Shown in pieces: positions 35,501 through 48,600 of a stretch of DNA of 50,000 nucleotides. The notes under the pieces are model-generated. The model saw nothing but the letters and a program-made list of their open reading frames with translations. It did no database searches and was not told the DNA's origin. A program made the translations under genes and the position numbers. Each line of letters starts with the position of its first letter. Position 1 is the first letter of the stretch. Origin of the DNA: Chiloscyllium plagiosum (lineage: Eukaryota); assembly GCF_004010195.1 (NCBI RefSeq), contig NW_025214732.1, positions 1 through 50,000 of the forward strand. The letters run 5' to 3'.

Positions 35501-36980
35501 GATAGTTGCAATGTCTATAAGTCTCAATTTTTATTTTGTTTCTCTTCAGATGAATGACAAGAGATATTTGCGGTGTCCAGCAGCTATGACTGTGATGCAT
35601 TTAAGAAAATTCCTTAGGAGTAAAATGGACATCCCTCAAGCATTTCAGGTACATTTGAGATGCACTTTATTAAAGTTACAGTGGAATTATTTATCTAATA
35701 AATGAGTTCTGATAACTTATGAGAATTTATTTTGAAGGATTCTACATTCTTATAGATACAGTAATTACTGGGGGGGGGGAAAGAGAGAAAGGGGTCAATC
35801 ATTCTGACTATTTGTTTTTTTTTCTTTTGCACATGTGCAGTTATGAGAACTTTTATTATGACAAAGGAGATTTGGAGGCCCTTTTGTATATACTCTAATA
35901 TAAGGATGTAATTTGAATGCAGTATATAGTAGTTGTCTACCACGTTTTAAACAGTTACATTTATGAAAACAAAAATAGATTTAAGCTACTTTAACATTTA
36001 AACTGATTCCAAATTTTGCAATACAGAACATTACCATTACCAACCAAATCTTAATATGATTGTGTTGAGAAAGGTCTAGGCATTGAGATAGAAGAGCTTC
36101 TACCAATCTCAAGGATCAGAGTAACAAAAATTACTAAGGGAGTAATGAATGACTGTAAGAGTTATTTGCAATTGTTTTATTTGTGTCACCGTGACATATT
36201 ATCCATGACCGAAAATAGTCATCAATTTTCTCACCTGATTTCGGAGTCTGTTGATGTTTACCTAATTTTGTGGAAATGAACATTATGGCCTAAGAGTTTT
36301 AAAACTCTGACTATCACAGTGAAATGTGAAGTTGCATCCATTTTGCTTGTTTCCCTTTTTACAATGCAATATTACTTCTATACAACTAATAATGAGGCTT
36401 GTAATTCTGTGATGTGTATTGTTTTGTAAAAATCACTCCTGCTATCATCAATAAAGATGATTTTTATTCTTTTCGCATTAGATTGATGTTATGTATGAAG
36501 ATGAACCATTGAAAGATTATTACACTCTTATGGATATTGCCTACATTTATGCATGGAGGAGGGTAAATCCAATCTACAAATTCTTTATGGATCTAAAAAT
36601 TTTTAATCTCCAAACCTTCAGTCCTTACCAGATGCTCTTGCATTTCATTTCAGAATGGACCACTTCCTCTAAAATATCGAGTCCAACCAACATGCAAAAG
36701 AATTAAAATTGGTCATCAACAAGACAGATTCAATAACACCAGTGGAGAGGTAGAAAGTGACTCTGGGAGTGATAAGGCTAATAGCCCAATTGCTGCACCA
36801 TCCACATCATCATCACTGCCTAGTCCCTCTACTCCAGGGCAGTCTCCACATCCACACTTTCCTCATATATCTACTACAATGAATGGTTCCTCCAATGCCA
36901 ATACTAACCATCATATCCCATTCAGCAGCAACAGACCACGCAAATCATCTGTTAATGGCTCATCAGCGTCATCAGGCTGA
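32404..36980 (+). CDS. BMI1: Polycomb complex protein BMI-1 (PCGF4); spliced gene, 9 coding exons, 325 aa
   Basis: Exons 32404-32515, 32664-32760, 34007-34062, 34161-34211, 35087-35195, 35291-35336, 35550-35648, 36482-36562 and 36654-36980 total 978 nt, all GT-AG. The protein has a RING finger ([88 protein letters not shown]), a KRRR NLS, a RAWUL/UBL domain ([26 protein letters not shown]...[30 protein letters not shown]) and a Pro/Ser-rich tail ending [11 protein letters not shown]. Confidence 0.98.
32664..32760 (+). CDS. BMI1: BMI1 coding exon 2 (RING C-half)
   Basis: Acceptor TTACAG|; [31 protein letters not shown]; donor AG|GTATGT. Confidence 0.95.
34007..34062 (+). CDS. BMI1: BMI1 coding exon 3
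   Basis: Acceptor CTTAAG|; [18 protein letters not shown]; donor G|GTAAGT. Confidence 0.94.
34161..34211 (+). CDS. BMI1: BMI1 coding exon 4
   Basis: Acceptor TTCATAG|; [16 protein letters not shown]; donor G|GTAAGT. Confidence 0.94.
34620..34752 (+). mobile_element. Copy of the short palindromic-family element within a BMI1 intron
   Basis: GTTCTAAGTAAGGATCACTGGACCCAATCTGTTAACTCTG...CAGATGCTGCCAGGCCTGCTAAGCTTTTCCAGCAATTTTTG, homologous to the arms of the element at 49481-49870. Confidence 0.75.
35087..35195 (+). CDS. BMI1: BMI1 coding exon 5
   Basis: Acceptor TGTAG|; [36 protein letters not shown]; donor AA|GTAAGT. Confidence 0.93.
35291..35336 (+). CDS. BMI1: BMI1 coding exon 6
   Basis: Acceptor TTACAG|; [15 protein letters not shown]; donor GAG|GTAC. 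Confidence 0.9.
35550..35648 (+). CDS. BMI1: BMI1 coding exon 7
   Basis: Acceptor CTTCAG|; [33 protein letters not shown]; donor CAG|GTAC. Confidence 0.94.
36482..36562 (+). CDS. BMI1: BMI1 coding exon 8
   Basis: Acceptor ATTAG|; [27 protein letters not shown]; donor AGG|GTAAAT. Confidence 0.94.
36654..36980 (+). CDS. BMI1: BMI1 coding exon 9 (terminal; NLS2 and Pro/Ser-rich tail)
   Basis: Acceptor TTTCAG|; [45 protein letters not shown]...[15 protein letters not shown] then TGA. Confidence 0.94.
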   Translation, partial: NGPLPLKYRVQPTCKRIKIGHQQDRFNNTSGEVESDSGSDKANSPIAAPSTSSSLPSPSTPGQSPHPHFPHISTTMNGSSNANTNHHIPFSSNRPRKSSVNGSSASSG

Positions 36981-39900
36981 CAGTATTCACCAAACTGATG
37001 GTACAGCACATGTATTCGAAGACCTGTTCATACCATGTGATAATATATAGATAGAGAATGCTTAGCATTGTGAGCATTGTTAACATCACTATTTTGTAGT
37101 GACTTGTACATTTTGGTTCAAAGCAAGAAACAAGATGTGGCTATAGCAAGAATAGCCTTGACAACATCTTTTGCTCCTCCAAGATGGTTTTCCAATTTTT
37201 GGGAATGCAAAATAGCAATGGATCTACATCACTGCAAAGTTTATTGCAAAGATTTAAGGAGATGTGCATCAACAGTGTTGGATTTAATGACTCATGATTC
37301 ACTGGAGCTGATATTCAGTGAAAAATGAAGGAAGGAAAGCTGGGAAGGCAGTTATTGTAAAGATGTAAACGTTGGAAGATATTTTGTATAACTGTTTTAA
37401 TTGAAGTTTACTATATCTGTATATCAACATACTTTTAATTTGCTGGTATTGCATTGTTATTGACTGACTGTTCAGATGAAATATAAATGGCTAGTGAATT
37501 GTCCACAAAGACACCACTTGAAAAGGAATCAAAGAAATGAACATTAGAAAAAGTATTCTTTTTAGCCATTTCACTGTGAATACTGATTTGACTGTAGATG
37601 TCAGCATCTATGGTTGTTAAATGTTTTCCTGTACCATTAGTATAAGGAAAGATGAATTCATCAACTAAAATAAAATTGTTTCCATGATTTATCATTTTAG
37701 ACCTAAAGTGGGTATTAAGTATTTGAATTGACTGCAGAACAACAGTGTCACTATACATAATGATCTCATTGACAAGTTGAAATATTTCTAGGATCAAGCA
37801 ATTAAGGAAAATTCAGAGGTATGGTATGTAGGGATAGAAATCCAATATCCAGTATAATGAAAACATGGCTAGATAAGGCGTACACTACCTCTGAGAATTC
37901 AAATAATTATTTTTGAGACCATTTCCCTGTAACCAAATCCAACTAGTGATATGCTATATTTAAATATTTTGTTTGAAATGTTCATTGTTTCCACTTGTTA
38001 GCTAATAGTGAGTTGGACTATTGAATACATGTTTTAAAAATTCTTATACCAGAAATCTCTCTAATTTGAAAACATGAGTGTGTTTAAATCTATAAATATT
38101 GTAATTGAACTGATGTTATTCCGACAATGGTTTTTTTCCCCATTGATGTTGTCATGGATTGAATCTTGGTCAGCATAGTCAAACAGTTAAAATCAATTTC
38201 TATGTCAGTGCCAGTGAAGGCAGCCAGAGTTCACAATGTTTGAATTTTCAGGAGGTGAAGTTTTCAGTTACTTGCTAGCTGTCAAATTTTACTTTAAATA
38301 TGATGGTTGACCTAATGTTAAACCAAATCATTCTCCATGTTTTATCTATAGCACATAAAGTACAAATTTCAACAGATGACATTGGACCACATAATTATTA
38401 ACACTAGAGCCAAAAGAAATAAGCTTCTGATAATTGGAGTTATTCAATCAGAATGGTTTCACAAAACTGTAGATGTGTACACTTTATATTGAAAGACCAA
38501 TACCATACAGCAAATAACATACAAAGTTTCTTGAAAAATGAATCTTTTGAGTCTGTGGTAATAGATGTAAATTCTACATCTCTCAATGCTCAAAGTTTAT
38601 GCTGGGGTAAATGAGATCAACAGCATTTATTTCCATATTTACTTCAAGGCATGATCTTGGGCTCACATTGAAGGCTGAAAGGGTTGACCCCTCATGGCTT
38701 ACTTGGGCATAAGATACCAGCTGGGAACTGCAAAATCTATGAAGAAGATAGATTCCAAAGAATATTAGTGTTTTCATGTTTGCTAGTTGGTACATAAATC
38801 CGATTGTTTTACGTGATACCCTCAGACGTATAAGACTGCCAAGGATAGATTCCCATCCGTGTCTCCACACGTGAACATTGATGGTCTGCTTTAGCGTTAT
38901 TTAAACGTTGCCGGTTCAAACTCCACAGGGATTTGATGTTTTTTTTTCCTGACGGTTATATTTTGTTTGTAGAAAAACGTAAGACTGTACTTCTGACTAC
39001 ATTTTTAATATTGTTCTACTGTTACTGACGCTGTTTGAAAACTAGCAAGCAAACAATTCAATTTTTTGTGCTCCAAATTGGAAAGGCATAATGCAAGCCA
39101 TACTTTAGTTACCTTGAGATCAACTATAAAATCAATGATTTTAAGCTCTTGATAGTTACTTTGTTTCCTATTTCTGCTAAACATAGCACTTCTTGTAAAA
39201 GTATGTTAAGAGTCTGCAGGTACTTTTCCGTGGCAAAAATAATCTTCTGTGTTATAAATTCCACACAACTCTCCAATTCAATCTTGGTACGTTGCGAGTT
39301 CATCTCCAAAACAATGCCGAGGAAAATGTTTGACAATACTTTGCATTTAATGAGCGGTTTTCGTAAGTGCTAATGGTATCAAATAATATTTGCTGTGATA
39401 ATGAAGGTTTAGTATGAATCATTTCAATCCTTACAATTACGTGCCATTGTTATGCTCGTACTACTGGGTTTCGAAAGGAGTCCGCGGCATTAGTTGGCAC
39501 TGAATTCCTTAAAATGCAAGACATCATAATGGACTATTAAATGATAGAAGGACTCGCCAGTAAAATCTACTTTATCCAATACTGTCGGGATGAAATCATA
39601 CTCTAACGGCTAGAGAATAGTCAATGGTATCAGGTGTGCGTCACAAAAGTGCTAGTAACCTTCGAGTCAGATCTCCACGTAAAGACATTCCTCAGAGCTA
39701 GGCTTTCCTAAATATAAAGTATGAAAAGTCCTCTCATTGTCAGCATTGCAGCAAACCCTCTTTTTTCCCCAATATCTTGTTAAGTCAATTATTCCATACA
39801 TGTATCTCTCTGTTGGAGAAAATGCTTTCCCTTTTTACTTTTCCCTTAAAACAGGCTATTGCAATATAACACAATTTAGGATAATTAGTTTTCGAAACCC

Positions 39901-42900
39901 GCTACACTACACATATCCCCTCTGCTTTCTTTTAAAATGCATCAATTGTTTTTCTCAGCAGGACAGTTACCCTCAAGCAAAATCAGTCAAAGGTTTCTAA
40001 AGCATTTTTACAACTTTCTTTTTCAACTAATCTTGTAAAGAGGAGGATTGTTTTAAATGAAATTATATATTGTTATTTCAAGTTCTTCATGAAGCCAATG
40101 AACCAAACGTTGATTTTGCAAACATAGCAAGAGTAAACAATAGTATCATCTCTATTTTCCTAGTTTCCGGACATAGTTTATAGTTACCGCAAGTAGATTA
40201 AAAAAAACTTTTTGAGTAAGATAATCTTAATTGATTTGCTTACATTCCCATAGTTTGCGTTAAAACAAATCGCAATCGAATAGCACTATTCACTGATAAT
40301 CAAATTTATTTGGTTGCTCTGACATCTACGTTTGAAAAGAAATAAATAAATAAAAAATGAATGATATAAGGGGCAATCATATGAATGAAACAGTATATTG
40401 TTTAACATTGATATAAATTCATTAGTAGGAAATATTGTTGAATTTGTCCGTTAATTATACTAACCGGATAAGATAAAGTTTGTTTTAATTTGCTAAGTAC
40501 TTAAATCATTTTCTTTGTAGTATTCTATTGAATATGAATGTCGTGTTTTTCAAAGTCCACTTCACTTGCACACAGGGACAAAAAAACAGCTTACCTCCTT
40601 AGCAGCAAACATCTACTGAGAGCAATCATGCCTTATGCTTTCAAGTAGACAGGAAGATTTCCTGAGAGAACCAAAGTTTTGCCGTTGTTGCAGGATGGCA
40701 TGTTTTCCTGCGAGGAGAATTAAATAAAAAGCTTTACTTTTTCGTCATCTCTAAATTATTATCTCTCTTTAACTTTACACGCGGAGCGTACACCTATTTG
40801 CGTGGAAAGTAAAGTAACTATTAACAACAAGCATCCAGGTAAAGAATAACGCGAGTTCAGGTAATTGAAATGCTTGTAGTGTAACTGCGTCACCAAAGCT
40901 TTTGTTTGTAAGTACAAACAGATTGAGGAGGCCCACGGGCATCGGGCCAACACAAGTCTTTTAGGTTTGCTGTGACATGGGTGGAAAAGTTATTAACTTC
41001 AATTCGGAAGCTCCCCTTGCATTCAAGGCCCATGTAAAACACAGAGCGCACCAGACGGTTTCACTTGGAAAGATATGTCTAAATGCTAATATTCTTCCGC
41101 CACTTTGCAAGTGTGACATTTTCATGCCATTTTTATGGGGTTTTTTTCAGACAATTGAATGCATGTTGCTTTGTGAATCCACCAATGCACACACTGAAGC
41201 CATTTTCGGATAACTTGATGGACACGGGGAGAGGTTTGGAAGGTGCTGAACGAATTTGTCCGAACACAGCTTTTCATTTGAGTTGGAGGTGCAAAGGTGA
41301 GAGCTTGGAATGTGAAGGCAGTACTCCCCCTGTTCCAATACAACAAACCAAGACAATTCAACCGAATTAAGTGAATGCACCATTTACAATCTTCTGGTCA
41401 CACCTTGGACCGGTCAATACGATACATACCGTCATCCATAAAGTTTATTCCTGGCTTGATCTCATTTTATTGTGTTCAGTAAATATTTTAGCTAATGCAG
41501 TTATCACAATTGCTTTGAATGAGATGTATCTCTCCCAACGTATTATTCTTGGCCTACAATAAGGAGTGGCTTGTGCAGATATTTATGGGTCCAACTTGTT
41601 GTTGATGTCTCACTGTACAGGCAGGTAATAATAGACAAACATTCAACATCACTGCGTCGATGTTAAATGGAACCTGGGTAGCTTGCCGTGTACTCAATGC
41701 GCGACACTATGCTGCGCCTTTGAAATCTGATTGTAAATACATGAAAATGTTATAAACTAAGTTTAATATTTACCTGTCACTGCAGAATTCTTAAACGCGG
41801 CAAAACGCGCCAACCGATTGGATAATTTAAAAAAGAACTTTTTGGCTTAATGTTGGTTGGTGTTCCTATACTTGAAAAATTGTATATAAATCAGTTACAC
41901 TTTAATGTACAGAGATCAGGAAGTGCAACTTTTACTGTAAGTATAGAAATGATTCTCTAATACAGAAGAGCCCCCGACATACATCGTATGTTGAAAATGT
42001 CAATAACAATTAGGTGTCAGTGTGACGTTAACAAAAAACATAGCAGTAATACATGATTACCTTACAAATATTACATCAAAATTCTAAGTGAATGTTTAAT
42101 CAGATAAGTGCTTCCTGTTTGTCAGTGGTGGGTAACGTTCTTGTCTAATGCGTGATCTTTTTAAGCTCTTTGCTCAACGAGCGGATTTCCTTTTCTCACA
42201 AACAACCAGTTTCTTTTTTGTTACTTGTACAAGAGCTGAGCGAACGGTTATTGGTTACGTGCCTTGTCTGCAGAGCATTTTTTTCTTTCCTTGGTTAGGA
42301 TTAAGAGCTTCATTTTATTCTCTCGCCTTGACATTTGATATCGGGATTTCCATTAAATAGCTCGGGCAGAAAGGTTTGGGCGTTAAATCGCGACCGCGGA
42401 AAGCATTAGGTGCTGCGCTTTGGAAGTTAATATGAAGGCTGACTCTTTCACTGTCAGGATTTCAGTCGTAATCAGCCTTATCTTCCAAGATGGTTTACAC
42501 ATTCTGCAAATTGTGGTTTGCATTATCTTCATAGACTGTGCATTGGCTGGATGATTGACTGGAAGTTGCGGGCTTCCTAGTATCCCATCCGCATGAATCT
42601 CCCTCTCTGCTCCCCACTGAATGACAAAGGCAGGCAGTTTCTGCTGCCCGCAGAGCGGCTGCTCACAGTCCACGTGACTCTTTTGGCGGGCGCTCGCGCG
42701 CTGGAGCCCTAATGGGAAAGGCTGCAACACGCCTGCGCGCCTCTGTACTCCACCACAAAGGGCAATGGTCAAACCTCAGAATAACTGTAGCACATGGCCC
42801 CTGTGTGTAGCATGAGTAACCGCAGCAAGCAGCAAAATTGCAGGCAGTTTCCCTCTATTCTCCAAAAGAAATCGGACGCATTGGAACCTTCATAGTCTAT

Positions 42901-43989
42901 TGATGATCTCAGTGTGTACATATACTAAAATTCAATTACGAGAAACACAGTTTCTTGTCCTTTCCTCATTGTTGAATTGTAACGCAGCCATGAAGGACAT
43001 TGAAGTCAATGTAAAGATCCCACCGCCTTTATTATTAGCAAACACAATATATATATTCAGGAAAACAGATTAGGATTTCGTGTCATCATAAATCTTAACC
43101 ATTGGAATTTTACAGTTAATGGGACCGTGAAAGGTGACAACATTCTTTTTTGGTGTAGAGTCCTTTTGAAAAGTACAATACCGCTGTGTTGTGGTTTTGG
43201 CTTGGCCGCGTGCTTACATCCAGGCCTTCAAAATAAGTTGGATCACTACCTAAAGAGAAAAAAAAATGCAGAGCTGTGTTGAAAGTGTGGGACTAATTGA
43301 GTTGCTCTTGTAAAGAGCACAATTGGACGGGACGGATATATAAAGCTTCTTGTGTGTTCACACCTTTCTATGATTCCAACGTTGCATAAGGGTGCAAATG
43401 TTCGAATTGATTCCAAGGTTGATTGAAGCTCTAGTTCATAGTTACATAGATTGCTGCCGTTTCTGTGCAAAGCTCCATTATTACTCATCTGTAATTGTAC
43501 CCTCAAATCTACAATACTTTGAATCGTGTTCAAATTCCCAATCATTTAGTTGTGGAGTTGTGTAGAATGAAACTCAGAATCCAAAGACAACTCGAATTCA
43601 AAGTCAACTAATTATTATCTACAAAGAGAAAACACCAAACCTTCAGCTCTTGAGAGAATTTGTTAGAATCTTCTTTCGAAACCACATGTCAAAGTGTAGC
43701 AAGAGTCACACTTTGTACTCTTAAGAAACAGTGATATATTGGCCCGAGAAACGGACCACTATTATGTCCAAGAACACAGTTATCTGGTGCTGGAAAATCG
43801 CACATTTAATATGAATTTGTAGATTATTCTAATCTCGTAGATGTGGAAATTATGCCCTTACAAATGATTCTAAAACTTTATTTTAAGCGTCACGGTATTC
43901 AGTTAAAAATTTAGTTTTAATACCTACAGAATAGCAAATTTGTTATTTGCATAAGCATCGAGAAACTGAAAACTAAACATTGCAGTTAA

Positions 43990-44240
43990 AGAACGAATAC
44001 TGTGAATATTTAAATCTGAAATAAAAGTGCGAAATGCTGGAAATGTTCATCGGGTCTTTCAGCATCCATGGCGAAAGTAAGTTATCAGTTCAAGTTTGTG
44101 ACCTTCCATGATTGTATAATAAATAGGTCTTTGCTTATTCATGGAACATATTCACCAATCTCAACTGCAATTGAACTCTGTTTTCTTACTTTTAAGCACT
44201 TGGATTCAATTTCCAGAGAATCTGAAATCTATTTTCTGCT
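43990..44240. mobile_element. Highly degraded copy of the short palindromic-family element
   Basis: AATCTGAAATAAAAGTGCGAAATGCTGGAAATGTTCATCGGGTCTTTCAGCATCC resembles the left arm of the 49481 element. A right-arm-like TTTCCAG...ATCTGAAAT occurs near 44210. Confidence 0.45.
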
Positions 44241-44326
44241 CCTGTGTGAAGGTGGTACAAATGGCAAAAAAAAACTGATTTAATACTTTAAAAAGAATGT
44301 GCAGTTGGCACTCCGGAAGATAATGA

Positions 44327-44972
44327 GAGTCATAGAGATGTACAGCAGACACTTTAGTCCAACTTGTCTATGCCGACTAGATATCCCAACCTAATCTAGT
44401 CCCACCTGCCAGCACCCGGCCCATATCCCTCCAAACCCTTCTTATTCATATACCCATCCAGATGCCTTTTAAATGTTGCAATCGTACTAGCCTCCACCAC
44501 TTCTTCTGGCAGTTCATTCACGTACCATCAGCTGCGTGAAAACGTTGTCCCTTAGGTCTCTTTTATATCTTCCCCCTCTCACCCTAAACCTATGCCCTCT
44601 AGTTCTGGACTCCTCCTCCCCAGGGAAAATACTTTGTCTATTTATCTTATCTGTGCCCCTCATAATTTTGTAAACCTCTATAAGGTCACCCCTCAGCCTC
44701 CGACGCTCCAGGGAAAACAGCCCCAGCCTGTTCAGCCTCTCCCTATAGCTCAAATCCTCCAGCTCTGGCAACATCCTTGTAAATCTTTTCTGAACCCTTT
44801 CAAGTTTCACAACATCTTTCCGATAGGAAGGAGACCAGAATTGCACGCAATATTCCAACAGTGGCCTAACCAATGTCCTGTACAGCCACAACATGACTTC
44901 CCAATTCCTGTACTCAATACTCTGACCAACAAAAGGAAGCATACCAAACGCTTTCTTCACTATCCTGTTTCT
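44327..44972 (-). mobile_element. CR1/HER1-type LINE, relatively young 5'-truncated copy
   Basis: The uninterrupted ORF 44514-45014(-) encodes the RT C-terminus LYRTLVRPLLEYCVQFWSPSYRKDVVKLERVQKRFTRMLPELEDLSYRERLNRLGLFSLERRRLRGDLIEVYKIMRG. The reverse-complement tail is GAGTCATAGAGATGTACAGC. Confidence 0.95.
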
Positions 44973-47900
44973 ACTGACTGTAACATTAAGGTTGCTAAAT
45001 GTGTGATGCAACACTTTTATAAAGTTAAACAGAATGAGACTGCTGAATTTATTTTACTTTTACTACCTTCGGAAATAAGGTGAAATATGCTGAAATATCT
45101 AATTTTAATTGTATTATCAGGGCACTCTTAATTAGCTTTTGGGTTTAAAACAACGTTTGCACCAGCTCAATGTATTTGTTTATGTATTTGCTGTCAATCT
45201 GTACTCGTAAATCCGAATAGCACCCGCCCGCAGATATTTTAAACAAAAAGTCACCGATGTACCATTTTGACGCCCAGCAAGACATTATTCTGATTGATAT
45301 GTCTTACCATGAATTTTGCTGCATCTGTCATCAAAAATGCAAAACTTCAGAAATGTGCCTATCCCTATGTTTTATTTGCTGTAATTAAGTTTGGAAAAAC
45401 AGAGCGCGTCATGAATTTGTGAAAATAATCATTCTCCTAATATTTTTGATGAATTCAGTTATTGTAAATTGGAAATATAGACGTTGTTTTTCACTTAAAT
45501 CTAAGTGCACCTGTTTTATCTGAAGCAAAATATGGGCTTTCAAACTGGAATAAGCTCTCCAAAGTAAACTTATGAACAAGTTCGTTGATATAGAGTTATA
45601 GCAAATCTTTAGTGTATGGATAAGGCACGGGTTAATTTAGTTTATGACAATCACTTCTTGTTAATCTAATTATGCGACTGTTAGATTCGGTAATGATGAT
45701 TTAACATGAGAGAAAAATTCTACTTAAATGCGCTTAAAACATAGTAATGGGGAGGAAAATTAATCTACACGTGTTTGGGATTTTCTATGATCAACCACAA
45801 ATTACAAATATATATACGACATTGTTTTGACAAGAATTCCATTCAAGTATGTCCGCAATGTGATCCGTATGTAATAAACAGTTCATAGACGCATACCACC
45901 ACTATGATATTTCCGAAGTGTACTGCAACGTATCTACACTACAGAAACTGCAGCGTTTCAAGAAAGTAGTTTTCCAGCATAAAAGGACAATTAGGGACGG
46001 ACAATAAATGTCAGCCTTGCTAGCATCCCATGAAACAATACAATAATTTGGGAAAGTCAGCGCTTACTAGAACCCATACGGCGCCAATAAACACACAAAA
46101 TCTTAATTTCCCTGGTGGAAAATTGTGTATAGAAAGATATGTGGAGAGAACAAAAGAGTAGAAATCAGGGATAAGCGATATCACAGATTCGGACTTTCAA
46201 AAAAGTAAACAGATCCAGCTGCAAAGGTTTGAAAATTATAATTTAGGACAGAGTGTTTTATATTTACTAAATTCAATTTTCACACCGGGTAAGGATGATA
46301 AGAAATGAAAGATTAATTTGTGGAGGACAAGAGACAGTTGGAATATATGCGGGACATGTACACGTTTTTCCTCCTATTTTGTCATTGACATCAAATGTAA
46401 AGCTATGTCAACACTTTCAATGAGAATAGTATTTAACAAGGCATTACTATAGGTTTAAACACCAATTCTCCGAAATTTCTTTTCACGTTCTTTTCATGTT
46501 TCACATTTCTATACAGCTGCAAAGAAACAAGTTACCTTCTTAGCAAAATAGCGCTATAAAATGTATGAAAGTTGTTTGATAAACAACAACGTAGTCAACT
46601 AATTGGGGCAGTCTCTTTATAGAGCGGTTAACAGACATCTCTGGCTTGGAGGCAGTATGTCTTTTTCGTTTATTTTTGTTCAGAAAAGTAGCTTAAACCC
46701 GTTGTAAACTTCAGACGGTGCCTGCAGTTTGTATAAACCACACGAGCCGTGGGGTTTGCAGCAGGCAGTGTTTACGAACTAAAACGTGGGAAACTCCATT
46801 CTTTTAACCCCATGCAATGTTTATGGCAATGTGTTTGCTGATGCCAAGTTAAAAGTAATTTAGTAACACATCATCTACCTCAGTTCTCTGCAGCGAAAAT
46901 AGGATCAGTTCCTACCTCGTAAAGATTCCACTTTTGGAAATACTTGATGATTCTATTTCTATCCTGTTACTTAGTTTCTGCCCTGTCATCTGAGCCAACA
47001 ACTTGTCAAGTTTACTATTCTCGTTATGTGGAATGTCAAGGGAGATTTATATATATGAAGTAGTCATATATTTTAAGGACTTGATTAAAGGCGTCAATTG
47101 TCAGTGTATGCGGCTGATGCCCTTCACTCTCAGCTACCCGCCGCGTTATCGGCAGCTTTGTTGTGGAGCTTCAGTTTTCAATGTGGAGTCCGCATCCAAA
47201 CAATTGCCTTTGCGAGATTTTACTTTTGGGGCCCTCTCTGAAACATCAAGTTTCACTTGCAGCATTTATATCAGGTTTAACGCTTGGAATTCTGTTATCA
47301 CGTAAGCTGTAGCCGGGAAAGATGTACCGACCAAGAACTCTCCATATTTTCACTTCCTGTTATCTATGTCAGGAATATTTCTGTAAGATAGCTCTGAGAC
47401 AATCGACCTTGTCTAGCTATTCGTATCCTGGGTTGTCTGAAAGACCGGTGACTTTTGCCTGATGAAAAACTAAAAACAAAGTCAATATAAATTGAAAACA
47501 GAAATTGTAAAAGCACTTTGAAGATCAGTCAGCGCCCGCGGAGAGAAATGACAAGTCAATGTATTAAGTGTATCAGAAATATTGCTGTTCCACTTCATTT
47601 CAACTGCATCAGCAAACTACTTGTAAACATCTTGACTTCTATTGGCGATGACAGCATTTTAAATACACAATATTTGCGGATTGGCAGAAACGCACTTTAA
47701 CATTTCAACATGATCATTAAATGACCTCAAAGGTACTATTTTGTGATGCAATGGGTCACTGAGATGAACTACGCAGTAAAAATCGCATTAAAGGAGAGAA
47801 CATATTCTAAGTAAAATAACATTACGAAACATATTAATTACATAGGTTTTGTCTATTAATGATTTTCAGCTGCATAATAGATCACGTGTGCGACGGTAGG

Positions 47901-48600
47901 TTTGGTATAATAGACACTTCTTGAGGAAAAGGTCTTCCTTATATATTTGTAGACCATACGCCTACTTTATTACGACACATTGTTGGAAGCAATGATATGG
48001 ATTAAGGAACCAAGGATACTGATAAACTTGAATTAGTTAGTTTACATAGTATTACAGTGAATGATAGCTGGAAAGGTAAAGATTCAGAGATCTGGAACAG
48101 GTTTATTTACACTTAAGTAGTTGGATTGTGTGTAGCATGAAACTGTTTGTCTTAGATCATTGCCCGTTTCATTAAAGTAAAGTTAAAAAAAACCGTCTCA
48201 TTACTGCAATGGTTAAAGCACAACAAACTAATGATAACTATTTCATAGGAGGTGGATTCCCAACACATGACGGTTCACTGCGCCAGTTTGAGAGGTGGAA
48301 CATGGGGCGTTGATTATTCTCCCATCGTATTTTTCCTGGTGGCTAGCCAGTAAAGCAATGGCAGATGGCTTGTCGCCCTTTCAATCAGGTTATGGGGGAG
48401 GGGAGAAATGAAGTCCGAAAGAGAGAGATAAAGGAAAAGTTTAAAATTTAAAAATTAAATATTCTAATTTGCATATTTCGATTTTCATTGGCGACCTTTA
48501 GAACCAGAATTTATTTCTCCACACTTTTAAGACAACGCTATTGTTTCACTCCGTGGGAATGAGTTAGGAATTTAGGAATATATTCACACATAAGGCAAGC

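Noticed and set aside
44514..45083. 166-aa and 163-aa ORFs as host genes
   Set aside because: The - strand ORF is a truncated CR1 reverse-transcriptase C-terminus, and the + strand ORF is its antisense shadow.
46719..46768. Imperfect hairpin (TGCCTGC...AAACCACACG-AGC-CGTGGGGTTT...GCAGGCA) as a possible pre-miRNA
   Set aside because: The stem is short and bulged with a 3-nt loop, and it matches no miRNA I recognise.
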